Assembly (NCBI GenBank): GCA_038230375.1
Contig: JBBRNJ010000040.1
Span: 1-64,000 of the forward strand
Length of the DNA stretch: 64,000 nucleotides
Origin: Polyangiales bacterium
GTDB lineage: Bacteria; Myxococcota_A; Polyangia; Polyangiales; Polyangiaceae
Reading direction: 5' to 3'
In this document: in pieces, positions 27,419 to 37,549 of the stretch
How positions within the stretch are numbered: position 1 is the stretch's first letter
How the letters are laid out: each line of letters begins with the position of its first letter
The notes under the pieces: generated by a model
The model's database searches: none
What the model was told of the DNA's origin: nothing
The model's input: the letters and a program-made list of their open reading frames with translations, nothing else
Program-made: the position numbers and the translations under genes

Positions 27419-28695
27419 GCGCCATTCACGACCTCTGTGTCCGGGCCCGGGCGGCGGCGCGCGCCATGAGCACGCGCACGACGGACCAGAAGAACGCGCT
27501 CCTGCGTCGCATCGCGAGCGACATCAACGCGAACGCAGAGGCGATCCTCGTGGCGAATTCGGAGGACGTGACGGCCGCGGAGACACGCGGCATCGCGCCC
27601 GCGATGATCGATCGCCTGAAGCTCGACGCGGAGCGGCTCATGGGCGTGTCGCGCGCGGTGCTCGAGATCGCGGAGCTGCCCGATCCCACGGGCGAGGTGG
27701 TCTCGAAGATCACGCGTCCGAACGGGCTCGTGGTATCGCGCGTGCGTGTGCCGCTCGGTGTGATCGCGATGATCTACGAGTCGCGTCCGAACGTGACCAG
27801 TGATGCCTCTGCGCTGGCGCTCAAGGCTGGTAATGCGATCATCCTGCGCGGTGGCTCGGAGGCACTGAGATCGAACCTGGCGCTCGGGGCCGTGGTGCGC
27901 GGCGCGCTCGTGGCGTGCGGTTTTCCGGAGGACGCCGTGCAGATCGTCCCCACGACGGAGCGCGAGGCGATGGTGGAGCTGCTCCACGAGTCGGAGCTGG
28001 TCGACCTGGCGATCCCACGTGGCGGTGAGGCGCTCATCCGGTTCGTGACGGAGAACGCGCGCGTACCGGTCGTGCAGCACTACAAGGGCGTGTGTCACCT
28101 CTTCGTGGACGCCGGGTACGACGCGCAGGCCGCCGCCAAGATCATCCGTGACGCGAAGCTCGCGCGGCCGAGCGCGTGCAATGCGCTCGAGTGCTTGCTC
28201 GTGCACGAGACGGAGGCACGCGCGCTGCTCCCGAAGGTCCGTGATCTCCTCGCTGCAGAAGGCGGAGAGCTCCGTGGATGCCCGCGCACGCTCTTGCTGC
28301 TCGGGGTGACGGGAACGAGCCCGCACGCCAACGTTGTCCCGGCCAAGGAGTCGGACTTCGGCTTCGAGTTCCTGGCGAGGGTGCTCGCGGTGAAGGTCGT
28401 GTCCGGCCTGGACGAGGTGCTCGCGCACATCCAGCGGTTTGGCTCTTCCCACACGGAGGCGATCCTCACGCATGACGTCGCGCATGCGGCGCGCTTCCGC
28501 GCAGAGGTCGACGCCGCATGCGTGGTGGTGAACGCGTCCACGCGCTTCCACGACGGCGGGGAGCTCGGGCTCGGCGCCGAGATAGGTATCGCCACGAGCC
28601 GCCTGCACTGGCGCGGCCCCATGGGCCTGGAGTCGCTGACGACCATGAAATGGCTCGTCTCGGGCGACGCCCACCCCAGCGGCACGCGGGACTGA
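27415..28695 (+). CDS. proA: Gamma-glutamyl phosphate reductase
   Basis: VPLGVIAMIYESRPNVT, LRGGSEA, IPRGG, SACNALE, NASTRFHDGGELGLGAEIGIAT. Confidence 0.97.
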   Translation: MSAIHDLCVRARAAARAMSTRTTDQKNALLRRIASDINANAEAILVANSEDVTAAETRGIAPAMIDRLKLDAERLMGVSRAVLEIAELPDPTGEVVSKITRPNGLVVSRVRVPLGVIAMIYESRPNVTSDASALALKAGNAIILRGGSEALRSNLALGAVVRGALVACGFPEDAVQIVPTTEREAMVELLHESELVDLAIPRGGEALIRFVTENARVPVVQHYKGVCHLFVDAGYDAQAAAKIIRDAKLARPSACNALECLLVHETEARALLPKVRDLLAAEGGELRGCPRTLLLLGVTGTSPHANVVPAKESDFGFEFLARVLAVKVVSGLDEVLAHIQRFGSSHTEAILTHDVAHAARFRAEVDAACVVVNASTRFHDGGELGLGAEIGIATSRLHWRGPMGLESLTTMKWLVSGDAHPSGTRD

Positions 28696-28712
28696 ACTAT
28701 CCTGGAAACAGA

Positions 28713-28741
28713 TTGACCCGCCCTGACAGGGCGAGCATTCT
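28713..28741 (+). promoter_or_regulatory. sigma70-like promoter with a palindrome in the spacer
   Basis: TTGACC-N17-CATTCT; spacer contains CGCCCTG-A-CAGGGCG. Confidence 0.45.
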
Positions 28742-28774
28742 GGGCGAAACGCGCGGAGTCAGCAGGAGGAATCT

Positions 28775-29434
28775 GTGGGAGAAGGCACGAAGAAGCCGAC
28801 GGACAAACCGAGACTGCGCTCGTCGCACGGTGCGCCCCCGAAGAAGAAGTCGAAGCCCGAGAAGCCGGGCCGCGAGCGAGAAGCGCGCGCGCCGAAGGAC
28901 TCAGGCAAGCCGATGTCACGGCCGCCGGCTGCGCGTCGTCCCAGCCTCCCCACGAAGACCACGCTGACACCGAAGACCGGCCTTGGCATCAGGAAGCCGG
29001 TTCGGGCGACGGCGACCGAGAAGCGCGAGAAGGCGCCGCCCTCCACCGGGCCGTCGATCGCGAGCGACGGTGCGCGCGAGCTCGCCGTGACGATCGCCGT
29101 GACCGCCATCGAGAAGAAGGCCGTCGGCATCGAGATCCTCGACGTTGCGGGACGCGTCGACTACGCGGACTTCCTGGTGCTCATGAGCGGCCGCAGCGAT
29201 CGCCAGGTAGGCGCGCTCGCGCAGGCGATCGAAGAGGCCGTGAAGAAGAAGGGCAAGCGCGCGCTCTCCGTCGAAGGCATGCCCCACGCCAGCTGGGTGC
29301 TCATGGACTTCGGTGACGTCGTGGTCCACGTCTTCCAGGAAGACGCGCGCAACCTCTACGACATCGAAGGCCTCTGGATGGACGCACGCCGTTTGCCCGT
29401 TCCGATCCCCGACGAGCCCCCGACGCCTCGCTGA
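28775..29434 (+). CDS. rsfS: Ribosome silencing factor with ~100-aa basic N-terminal extension
   Basis: EKKAVGIEILDV, SGRSDRQV, WVLMDFGDVVVHVF, YDIEGLW; GGAGG RBS. Confidence 0.92.
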   Translation: MGEGTKKPTDKPRLRSSHGAPPKKKSKPEKPGREREARAPKDSGKPMSRPPAARRPSLPTKTTLTPKTGLGIRKPVRATATEKREKAPPSTGPSIASDGARELAVTIAVTAIEKKAVGIEILDVAGRVDYADFLVLMSGRSDRQVGALAQAIEEAVKKKGKRALSVEGMPHASWVLMDFGDVVVHVFQEDARNLYDIEGLWMDARRLPVPIPDEPPTPR

Positions 29435-29457
29435 CTGCTACCCAGCGCGCGCCGGAA

Positions 29458-30288
29458 TCACGCGTCGGCGTCCTTCTTCTTCTTGGGCGCCAGGATGAAC
29501 GCCAACCCGACCGAGACGAAGTAGAGGGCGACGAGCGCCCCGCTCACGGCGATCTGACTGGATACCTCGGGGCCCGGCGTGACGACGGCTCCGAGCGCGA
29601 ACGAGAGGATGATCGCCCAGCGCGAGAACTTCAGGAGCTGCTGCGGCGTCACGATGCCGGCGATGGCCAGGAAGGTGATCAGGATTGGCAGCTCGAACAC
29701 GGCGCCGAACGCGAGGAGCATGCGCGTCGTGAGGTCGACGTAGAACTCCATCGTCGGCCGGCTCGTCAGGATCAGGTTCGCGTCACCATCCACCGTGCCG
29801 GTCAGCGACAGGAAGTAGCTGAACATGAACGGGAACGTGACCTTGTACGCGAACGCAACGCCGCTCAAGAACAGCGCGGTCGAGAAGGTCACGAACGGGA
29901 TGATGTACTTCTTCTCGCGATCGTAGAGGCCCGGGCTGATGAACGCCCACAGCTGATAGAAGACGATCGGGATCGCGAGCACGATGCCGCCGGTGAACGA
30001 CAGCTGCATGTAGTTCACGAACGCGTCTTGCGGCGCAAGGCCCTGGAGGTCCACCGGCAGGTTGGGGAAGCGGGCCTTCCACTGGACCTCGTAGGGGATG
30101 ACCAGCCAGTGCAGGAGCTTCTCGTGGTAAATCCAGCACGCGATCGTGCCGATGGCGATGCCGATCGCCGCGCGCGTGAGGCGACTGCGCAGCTCCGAGA
30201 GGTGCTCCCAGATCGTCATGCGGACGTCGGCCTCGGGCTCGGGCGTGCGCAGATCCTCGTCCGGCTTCTTCTCCGTCTTCGCGGCCAT
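29458..30288 (-). CDS. tatC: Twin-arginine translocase subunit TatC
   Basis: MTIWEHLSELRSRL, YQLWAFISPGLY, FGAVFELP, AVVTPGP. Confidence 0.96.
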   Translation of the reverse strand: MAAKTEKKPDEDLRTPEPEADVRMTIWEHLSELRSRLTRAAIGIAIGTIACWIYHEKLLHWLVIPYEVQWKARFPNLPVDLQGLAPQDAFVNYMQLSFTGGIVLAIPIVFYQLWAFISPGLYDREKKYIIPFVTFSTALFLSGVAFAYKVTFPFMFSYFLSLTGTVDGDANLILTSRPTMEFYVDLTTRMLLAFGAVFELPILITFLAIAGIVTPQQLLKFSRWAIILSFALGAVVTPGPEVSSQIAVSGALVALYFVSVGLAFILAPKKKKDADA

Positions 30289-31007
30289 CAGGCGCTCCCT
30301 GCGCCACGCGCGTGCGCGGCTGCTTCAGGTTCAGGCTCGGGCTCAGGTTCGAGCGCCGCCTTCTTGAGATCGACCGGCATGGGCAACGGGAGCGTCGGCA
30401 CGTCGGCAGGGCTCACCACGTCGGGCAGCTGCGACACGTCCGGTACGCCCACGACGGCTGCGGCTGGTTCGGGCGCTGCTTCGAGGGCTGTTTCGGACGC
30501 TGCTTCCGACACAGACTCGGGCTCATGCTCGGCCTCGGGCTCCGGCTCGGGGTCCGGGGGGATGATCCCGTCCTTGTCTCCCAGAACCCAGAGCGGGTCC
30601 TTCCGGTGGTCGCTCTTCGGGAGGGTGCTCTCGTAGACGAGCGCGGTGTCCGGCAGGGCGCCGAAGCAGTCCGCGCCGTCCCGCGGGTACTCGCGATCGC
30701 GCAGGGCGCGCGTCTCCACGGCCAGGTTCTCGAGCTTTGCCTCGGCGCCGTCGTAGCGGACGCTGCGGTTCAGATCGGAGAGCTCACCGCGCGCGAGCTT
30801 GCGGATCTCCTGCACGCTCTCGGAGAGGCCCTCACCGCGGAGCACGTCGTCGATACCGCTCTGCGCACGCAGGTCGGCCGCCATGCGACGCGCCTTCCCG
30901 GCATACTGGCCGAGCTTGCGCAGCACCTTGGGCAAGTCCTTGGGGCCGATGACGACAATGGCGACCACGACCAGCACCACAAGCTCCGAGAAGCTGAACC
31001 CGAACAC
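30288..31007 (-). CDS. tatB: Twin-arginine translocase subunit TatB
   Basis: MFGFSFSELVVLVVVAIVVIGPKDLP; immediately upstream of tatC. Confidence 0.92.
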   Translation of the reverse strand: MFGFSFSELVVLVVVAIVVIGPKDLPKVLRKLGQYAGKARRMAADLRAQSGIDDVLRGEGLSESVQEIRKLARGELSDLNRSVRYDGAEAKLENLAVETRALRDREYPRDGADCFGALPDTALVYESTLPKSDHRKDPLWVLGDKDGIIPPDPEPEPEAEHEPESVSEAASETALEAAPEPAAAVVGVPDVSQLPDVVSPADVPTLPLPMPVDLKKAALEPEPEPEPEAAAHARGAGSA

Positions 31008-31103
31008 CCTTCGACGTTAGCACTTTTGCGGAATTTGTGGCATTTGGCCGTGTGCGGTAATCCCACACGCCCCATTCTCCCGAAGGTCGAAATCCCACAC
31101 ATC

Positions 31104-32219
31104 ATGCTCGTGCTCTCCGAGATGACGCCCGAGGCCCTTGCGGCCGTGACGCCCGAGGCGACGCTCACGGAGGCTCGCCGCATCCTCTCGCGCGTCCACC
31201 GCGGGCTGTCGATCGAGCGCGGGTTCACCGGCGTCCGCACCACCACGCTCAACGCCGTGAAGGCCCTGGGCGAGCTCAAGCGCCTGGACGTCCACGAGGA
31301 GCTACGCAGCGCGCTCGACCCGTTCGTGAAGTACACGCTCAGAACGAACGACGGCGCGTACATCGAGACCGTGCGCATCCCGCTCGAGAAGAAGCAGCGG
31401 CACACGGTGTGTGTGAGCTCGCAGGTGGGCTGCGCGCTCGGCTGCACCTTCTGCAAGACGGGCACCATGGGACTCGTCCGCAACCTTCGCGCATGGGAGA
31501 TCATCGACCAGGTCCGCGTCGTGCGCGAGGGGCTCGCGAAGGACGAAAAGGACAAGACCGGAGGTGGTCGCGTCCACGGCGTGGTGTTCCAGGGCATGGG
31601 CGAGCCGCTCGCGAACCTGTCCGAGGTGCTCACGGCCATCAGCGTCATGAGTGAGCCGTCCGCGCTCGCCATCGACTCTCGCGCGATCACCGTGTGCACC
31701 TCGGGCCTGCCATCTGGCATCCTCAGGCTTGCCAAAGAGGCACCGCGCGTCCGCCTTGGGTGGTCGATCGCGAGCGCGCGCAGGGACGTGCGCCGGCGGC
31801 TCATGCCCATCGACGACAAGCACCCGCTCGACGACGTGCTCATGGCCGTATGCGAGCACGCGCGCATCACGCAGTACTCGCCCATGTGGGCCGTCACGCT
31901 GCTCTCCGGCGTGAATGACACGGAGGAGGACGCGCACGCGCTGGGCGATCTGGCTGCGCGCTTCACCCAGGAGACCGGCATGCGCCCGCGCGTCTCCATC
32001 GTCCCTTACAACGCCATCGACGACGACCCCGAGTCACCGCACTACGAGCGTTGCTCGGATGAGCGCGAAGCGGCCTATTTTGCGGCACTTCGTACGCGTG
32101 GCGTGTTCGCGCACAAGCGTTACAGCGGCGGCTCGGACGTGGGCGCCGCGTGCGGTCAGCTCGCCACGGCCTCCACGCGCGCCGCGAAGGATCCCGCAGG
32201 CGGCGCGCCATGCTCGTAG
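31104..32219 (+). CDS. rlmN: RlmN/Cfr-family radical SAM RNA methyltransferase
   Basis: CVSSQVGCALGCTFCKTG, VFQGMGEPLAN, GVND, DVGAACGQL; may be a paralogue. Confidence 0.8.
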   Translation: MLVLSEMTPEALAAVTPEATLTEARRILSRVHRGLSIERGFTGVRTTTLNAVKALGELKRLDVHEELRSALDPFVKYTLRTNDGAYIETVRIPLEKKQRHTVCVSSQVGCALGCTFCKTGTMGLVRNLRAWEIIDQVRVVREGLAKDEKDKTGGGRVHGVVFQGMGEPLANLSEVLTAISVMSEPSALAIDSRAITVCTSGLPSGILRLAKEAPRVRLGWSIASARRDVRRRLMPIDDKHPLDDVLMAVCEHARITQYSPMWAVTLLSGVNDTEEDAHALGDLAARFTQETGMRPRVSIVPYNAIDDDPESPHYERCSDEREAAYFAALRTRGVFAHKRYSGGSDVGAACGQLATASTRAAKDPAGGAPCS

Positions 32220-33232
32220 GCCTGATCCTCGGCATCCTCTTCGTCTCGCCGCTGGTGCTGGTCTACGTGCTCTTCATTCGCTGGTGCGATCGCTTCGAGC
32301 CAGAGCCCTGGTACCTGGTGGGCGCCGCGTTCGTGTGGGGCGCGCTCTTCGCAACGTTCGGCGGCGGCATCGGCAGCGGTATCACGCAGCAGTACGTCGC
32401 GGGCGCGCTCGGCCTGGCGGAGGACTCCGGGGGCATGGAGAGCTTCGGTGCCGTCGTGCTCGCGCCCACGTTCGAGGAGGGCTTCAAGGGGCTTGGCGTG
32501 GCGTTGATCGCGTTGCTCTCGGCGGTAGGCCTGAAGGAGGTCGACGGCGCGCTGGACGGCGCGATCTACGGCGGCGTCGTGGGTCTTGGCTTCACACTGA
32601 CGGAGGACATCCTCTATGTGTCGGAGGCCTACGCGAAGCGCGGCGCCAGCAGCTTCCTGAGTCTGGTGCTCCTGCGCACGGTCTTCCTTGGGCTCTCGCA
32701 CTGCACGTTCACTGCGTGCACGGGCCTTGGCTTCGGCATGTCCGTGGAGGCGAAGGGGCTCGGGAAGAAGGTGCTGTACCCGTGCGTCGGGCTCGCCGCA
32801 GCCATGTGCATGCACGCGATACACAACGGCCTGCCGGATCGCTTCGGCGACGCCGGGCTCGTGCTGATGATCATGTTCTCGTGGTTGGTCGACATCCTCT
32901 TCTTCGTGTTGCTCTGGATGCTCGTCGCGCGCGATCGCCGCATCGTCATTCGCGAGCTCCTGGGCGAGGTCGGCAAGACCTTGCAGCCCGACGAGCTCCG
33001 GCTCGTGAGCTCCTACTTCGCGCTGAGTCGTCGCAACTGGGGTGTGTTCTTCGCGCGAGGATGGAAGGCATTTCGTGAGCGGCGCAAGAAGCAGCTCGCC
33101 CTCGTGGAGCTCGCATTCGTGAAGCACCGCCGACGCCGCGGCGAGACGGGGCGCGACCTTGACGTGCGCGAGCATGGCCTCCGCGCGGAGATTGCGTTCT
33201 ACACGCGCGCCGGCGTCTTCATCGACCAGTAG
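32210..33232 (+). CDS. PrsW-family intramembrane metalloprotease
   Basis: DRFEPEP, APTFEEGFKG, GLGFTLTEDILY, SHCTFT, MHAIHN. Confidence 0.9.
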   Translation: MLVGLILGILFVSPLVLVYVLFIRWCDRFEPEPWYLVGAAFVWGALFATFGGGIGSGITQQYVAGALGLAEDSGGMESFGAVVLAPTFEEGFKGLGVALIALLSAVGLKEVDGALDGAIYGGVVGLGFTLTEDILYVSEAYAKRGASSFLSLVLLRTVFLGLSHCTFTACTGLGFGMSVEAKGLGKKVLYPCVGLAAAMCMHAIHNGLPDRFGDAGLVLMIMFSWLVDILFFVLLWMLVARDRRIVIRELLGEVGKTLQPDELRLVSSYFALSRRNWGVFFARGWKAFRERRKKQLALVELAFVKHRRRRGETGRDLDVREHGLRAEIAFYTRAGVFIDQ

Positions 33233-33295
33233 CCTGGTGCTCCTCCTGCGACCTGGGAGAGCAGCGGCGGGCGCTTGAGTTGTGCAATTTGGTTC

Positions 33296-33313
33296 CGCGA
33301 CAGGGGTGTCGCG
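33296..33313. promoter_or_regulatory. Palindrome, candidate enhancer (UAS) for a sigma54 activator
   Basis: CGCGACA-GGGG-TGTCGCG, ~65-80 bp upstream of the -24 element. Confidence 0.5.
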
Positions 33314-33377
33314 CCTGTTGCCGTTTGATTTGCGGGCGTCGAGAGAAAATCCGGCAAAAATTGGGGCGTTTCTCGCG

Positions 33378-33393
33378 TGGCACGTGCGTTGCT
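33378..33393 (+). promoter_or_regulatory. sigma54 (-24/-12) promoter
   Basis: TGGCAC-GTGCG-TTGCT, exact consensus, 44 bp before ATG 33438. Confidence 0.85.
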
Positions 33394-33437
33394 CATCGCC
33401 CTGTTCGGAAGCGTTTTCAGGGGAAAAGGACATCGCA

Positions 33438-35018
33438 ATGCGAAGAATTCTTCTCTTTGCGCTGCTCATCGGCGGACCGATCGCCTGTGGCAGTGCCGTG
33501 AGTCACAGCGGTTTTGCACCGACCGGAGCGCCTGCTCCCGGTGACAATTCGGGTGGCAGCAGCGGCGGCTCCGGGCCCAGCACGCCCGGTCAGCCACCTC
33601 CAGAGAAAGAGGTGGAGTCGCAGTACAAGGCGCCCGTCGCGACCGGAAAGTATGTCTGGGTCGCGAACCCAACATCGGGCCGAGTGGCGTACATCAATGC
33701 TGCCACGCTCGACGTGCACACCGTGGAGGCGGGCAACGGCCCGACGTATCTCGCGGCGGTGCCGAACGCCGACGACACCGCGGTGGTGCTCAACGTGCTC
33801 TCGGACGACGCGACGCTCTTGAAGGCAAACGGCGCAAACGTCACGAGCAAGACATTCAAGACCGCGCACGGGATGAATGCCTGGGCGCTCTCCCCCGATG
33901 GGCACTGGGCCGTCGCCTGGACCGATGCAGCGCAGTTGCCGAGCGCACCCCAGACCGAGGGCTTCCAGGACCTCACGGTGATCGATCTCACGGGGAAGGT
34001 CGCGCCCACCATCCTGGCCGTTGGTTACCGGCCCGTGTCGGTTGGCTTCACGCTGTCTTCCGGACGCGCCTGGGCGGTCACGCAGGACGGTGTCGCCATC
34101 ATCGACGTCACGCTGCCTGGCGGTCCCGCGCAGGTGAAGAACGTCGCCATCTCCGACACCCCACAAGAGGATCCCGGCACGCGCGACGTCTCGGTCACGC
34201 CGGATGGGTCCTTCGCGCTCATCCGTCGCGATGGCTCGCCCGTCATCACCGCCGTCAGCCTCATCGTGGACACGCGCTCCAAGATCACGCTGCCTGGCAA
34301 CGTGACGGACCTGGATCTCTCGGACAAGGGAGATCGCGCCGTCGGTGTGATCCGCGACACCGGCACGATCTGCATCATCCCCATCCCCGCAGCCATCGCC
34401 GACGGCAGCCTGGTCACGAACATCGTGGTCGCAGACGCCACCATCGGCAGCGTCTCGCTCGCGCCTGGCGGCGGCACCGGGCTGCTCTACACGAACGCTG
34501 TGGCGTCGCAGCGCCTGGACATCCTCAGCATGGCCATGGGCGCACCTCAGACGCGCGCGGTGCGGCTCTACTCGCCCGTGCTCGGCGTGTTCAGCTCCCC
34601 CGACGCGCGGCAAGCGCTGGTCGTTCATCAGGCGTCGGCCACGGATGCCGCGGGCGATCTGGCGTTCAGTCTGGTGCCGGTGGCGGATTCGCTTCCTGCG
34701 AAGATCGTCGCAACGAAGGCCAAGCCGTTCGCGGTGGGCTTCGCCGGTGACAGCAAGAGCGTCGTGGTGGCGGAGAAGGACGACGTGAAGAAGATCTACG
34801 GCGTCTATCTTGGTCGCCTGCCCGAGCTCATGGTCGACCGCTACGACCTGGCGAGCTCGCCGGTCGCGGTCGGCGTCGTTGACGGCGCGCAGCGCGCGTT
34901 CGTCGCACAGAATCACCCAGATGGACGCATCACGTTCATCGATCTCGGGACTGGAGAGGCGCGCACGCTCACGGGCTTCGAGCTTGCGGCGCGCGTCGTC
35001 GACGGGAGCAAACCATGA
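33438..35018 (+). CDS. Lipoprotein, predicted beta-propeller
   Basis: PIAC lipobox; AAGGA RBS; repeated blades (VWVANP, LSPDGHWAVAW, VTPDGSFAL, SSPDARQAL). Confidence 0.8.
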   Translation: MRRILLFALLIGGPIACGSAVSHSGFAPTGAPAPGDNSGGSSGGSGPSTPGQPPPEKEVESQYKAPVATGKYVWVANPTSGRVAYINAATLDVHTVEAGNGPTYLAAVPNADDTAVVLNVLSDDATLLKANGANVTSKTFKTAHGMNAWALSPDGHWAVAWTDAAQLPSAPQTEGFQDLTVIDLTGKVAPTILAVGYRPVSVGFTLSSGRAWAVTQDGVAIIDVTLPGGPAQVKNVAISDTPQEDPGTRDVSVTPDGSFALIRRDGSPVITAVSLIVDTRSKITLPGNVTDLDLSDKGDRAVGVIRDTGTICIIPIPAAIADGSLVTNIVVADATIGSVSLAPGGGTGLLYTNAVASQRLDILSMAMGAPQTRAVRLYSPVLGVFSSPDARQALVVHQASATDAAGDLAFSLVPVADSLPAKIVATKAKPFAVGFAGDSKSVVVAEKDDVKKIYGVYLGRLPELMVDRYDLASSPVAVGVVDGAQRAFVAQNHPDGRITFIDLGTGEARTLTGFELAARVVDGSKP

Positions 35019-36625
35019 GAGCGTTCACACTAGGACTCCTCGCATCGAGCATGATGTTCGCCGTCTCTGGCTGCGGCGACAGGGCTGCGGTGTGGGATGG
35101 AGCACCTCAGAAGGTCCAGGTCGTCGGCATCGAGTCCGGCATCGCCGTGTTCGATCCCGGCGCGGGCCGCGCCGTGTTCGTCGCCGCACACGGTGACCTG
35201 GACGTCAGTCGCACGTCCATTGCCATCCACGACAACGTGGCCAAGACGGCGATCTCCGGCGACAACAAGACGCTGTTCGTCCTCTCTGCAGGCACCAGCG
35301 GCAAGCGAACCAAGGAGAGCCAGACGCCGGACCTCTGCGTGATCGGTCAGGACACGGACGGCCTCGCCGTTGCGCACTACCCGCTCGCATCGCCGCTGTC
35401 GCAGATCGCGCTGGACCCGCTCGGTCGTTACGCGGCCGTCTACGCGGGAGATGGCACCAGCTTCGTCGAGAACCCGAACGAGATCGGCATCGTCGATCTC
35501 ACGGAGAAAGACCCTGCGAAGGCGCTCACCACGCGCACCATCCGCAGCTTCGGCGGGCGTCCGCAGCGCATCACGTTCACCCAGCAGCTCTCGTTGCCCG
35601 GTGGCCCGCGCAGGCTCCTGGTCGTGGAGTCCCAGCAAGACGTGACCGTGCTCGATCTCGATCACGTGCACGATCAGCCGGTCCGCCCGGAGATCACCAT
35701 CCCGCTCACGGACGGCTCCACGACGCAGGTCGTGAACCCCGCGGGCGTCGTGGTCGACGACGGCATTCCGAACAAGAACGACGACGCGCGCATCGCCGTG
35801 CGCCTCGCGAACGACTCGAACGTGGTCACGCTCTTGCTCGCGGCGCCCTCACCCGATGCACCGGCGACCCCGAACGACTTCCGCATCATCCCCAACAAGA
35901 CGGACGTCGGAGGAGTTGCCTCTGGCATCTCCTTCGTGCGCACGGACGGCGGACTTCGCATTGCGGCGCTCGTGCCCGCGATCGCAAGCGCGGTCCTGAT
36001 CGACCCCCAGACCAGCGTCATCACGAACGTGAAGCTGCCGGCAGGCTACGGCTCGATAGCGCTCATCACCGACATCGTCGGCGCGCCATCGAGCACGGGC
36101 GCGGACGTGGCGTTGCTCTACAACGCGTCATCGCAGTCCGGCGTCGCATTCTGGGCGCTCGGCAAGACCAGCGGCCAGCCGTACCGCAGCGTCGAGGTCG
36201 TGAACGTGAACGGCAACGTCGCGAAGGTGCTGGACGTGGCCGCCCCTCATCAGAACCTGAAGGTCCTGCAGACCTCGGACGGCAGCGGCTTCTACGTGCT
36301 CGACCTCACGGCGCGTACGGCGCAGCCGCTCGGCACGAGCGCGCAGGCCACGCTGTTCACGTCGCCCGACGGTCAACGTCTCTGGGCGTACCAGAAGGGC
36401 GGCAACAAGCTGGCGCTCGTGACGTTCACGGATCTACACGTGAGCCCGCTTCCGGATCTGGAGCGCACGATCGACGCGGTCTACGAGGTCGCACGCGACG
36501 ACGGTGGGCGCGCGCTCTTCGCAGTGGATACGCGAGGCAACGTCGGGCTCACCGTGCTCGACGCGATTTCTCCCGACGTGGACCAGAGCCGAACCATCGG
36601 CGGCATCCTCCTTGAAGGTCTGTGA
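35015..36625 (+). CDS. Lipoprotein, predicted beta-propeller
   Basis: VSGC lipobox; ATGA overlap; blades (ISGDNKTLFVL, LDPLGRYA, SPDGQRLWA). Confidence 0.8.
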   Translation: MRAFTLGLLASSMMFAVSGCGDRAAVWDGAPQKVQVVGIESGIAVFDPGAGRAVFVAAHGDLDVSRTSIAIHDNVAKTAISGDNKTLFVLSAGTSGKRTKESQTPDLCVIGQDTDGLAVAHYPLASPLSQIALDPLGRYAAVYAGDGTSFVENPNEIGIVDLTEKDPAKALTTRTIRSFGGRPQRITFTQQLSLPGGPRRLLVVESQQDVTVLDLDHVHDQPVRPEITIPLTDGSTTQVVNPAGVVVDDGIPNKNDDARIAVRLANDSNVVTLLLAAPSPDAPATPNDFRIIPNKTDVGGVASGISFVRTDGGLRIAALVPAIASAVLIDPQTSVITNVKLPAGYGSIALITDIVGAPSSTGADVALLYNASSQSGVAFWALGKTSGQPYRSVEVVNVNGNVAKVLDVAAPHQNLKVLQTSDGSGFYVLDLTARTAQPLGTSAQATLFTSPDGQRLWAYQKGGNKLALVTFTDLHVSPLPDLERTIDAVYEVARDDGGRALFAVDTRGNVGLTVLDAISPDVDQSRTIGGILLEGL

Positions 36626-37539
36626 TGAGGTCTCCCATGAAGCTCAGGTCCATCCTCACGCTCGTTGTCTCCACCTCTGCGCTCCTCACCAGTGCAGGGT
36701 CCGCGCTCGCCGCCGACCTTCCGCCGCTGCCAGAACAGCAGGGCGGACCAAAGGCAGAAGCACAGCCCACACAACCGGCGCAAACCACGAGCACGTGGCC
36801 GGCACCCGCCGCAGCTCCGGCTGCATCGCCCGTCGCTCAGCCGCCCGCAACCGCACTGGCCGCGTCTTCGCCCATACCGCACGTCACCGCGTCCGGCCTG
36901 GAGCCGCGTGACGAACCAGCAGCGAGCGCGCCCTTCGCGGGCGATCCACACAAGATGTGGCTCGTCTCCGGCAGCGTGCGCGAGACGTTTGTCTCGAGCC
37001 GCGGCTTCGATCCGTACTCGCAGAACGACGTGCTCCCGCAGTGGACCTTCGCCGGCTCACGCACGCTCTGGTCGCGCGGCCGGCTCTCATTTGCAGCGGG
37101 CGCATCGTGGGACGTCGGTGGCGCCTCGACGACGTCACGAGGTCTGGACGCAGGCATCTTCACGAACCGCTTCGCCGCCACCGCGGAGGGACGATGGCAC
37201 CCGAAGACCTTCGCCTACGGCTTCGTTCGCCTGAGCCCGGGAGCCAACGTGGTGAACGCGCGGGTGAACGATCCGTCCGCACCGGGCACGCTCACCACGA
37301 CGCAGTGGTCCTTCAGTGGAGACGCGAGCGTGGGCGCCGCGATCACGCCGATGTTCGTCCCAGGAGGCCCGCGCGTCTGGCTGATCCCGGAGGTGGGCTA
37401 CACCTACGCGACTTCGACCCAGATGCGCCTCGCCCCAAAGAACGAAAAGGACATCACGGGCGCCGCCTCCAAGACGGACCTCGGAGAGCTAGCCCTCTCG
37501 GGAGTCTTCTTCAGAGTGGGCCTCGCGCTGTCCTTCTGA
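36622..37539 (+). CDS. Outer-membrane beta-barrel protein
   Basis: Signal peptide ALA, P/A/Q linker, amphipathic strands, C-terminal VGLALSF. Confidence 0.75.
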   Translation: MMRSPMKLRSILTLVVSTSALLTSAGSALAADLPPLPEQQGGPKAEAQPTQPAQTTSTWPAPAAAPAASPVAQPPATALAASSPIPHVTASGLEPRDEPAASAPFAGDPHKMWLVSGSVRETFVSSRGFDPYSQNDVLPQWTFAGSRTLWSRGRLSFAAGASWDVGGASTTSRGLDAGIFTNRFAATAEGRWHPKTFAYGFVRLSPGANVVNARVNDPSAPGTLTTTQWSFSGDASVGAAITPMFVPGGPRVWLIPEVGYTYATSTQMRLAPKNEKDITGAASKTDLGELALSGVFFRVGLALSF

Positions 37540-37549
37540 CCTCGGCGGC

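Noticed and set aside
31104..32219. Cfr-type antibiotic resistance gene
   Set aside because: Motifs fit the RlmN/Cfr family generally; chromosomal housekeeping context and nothing Cfr-specific that I can verify
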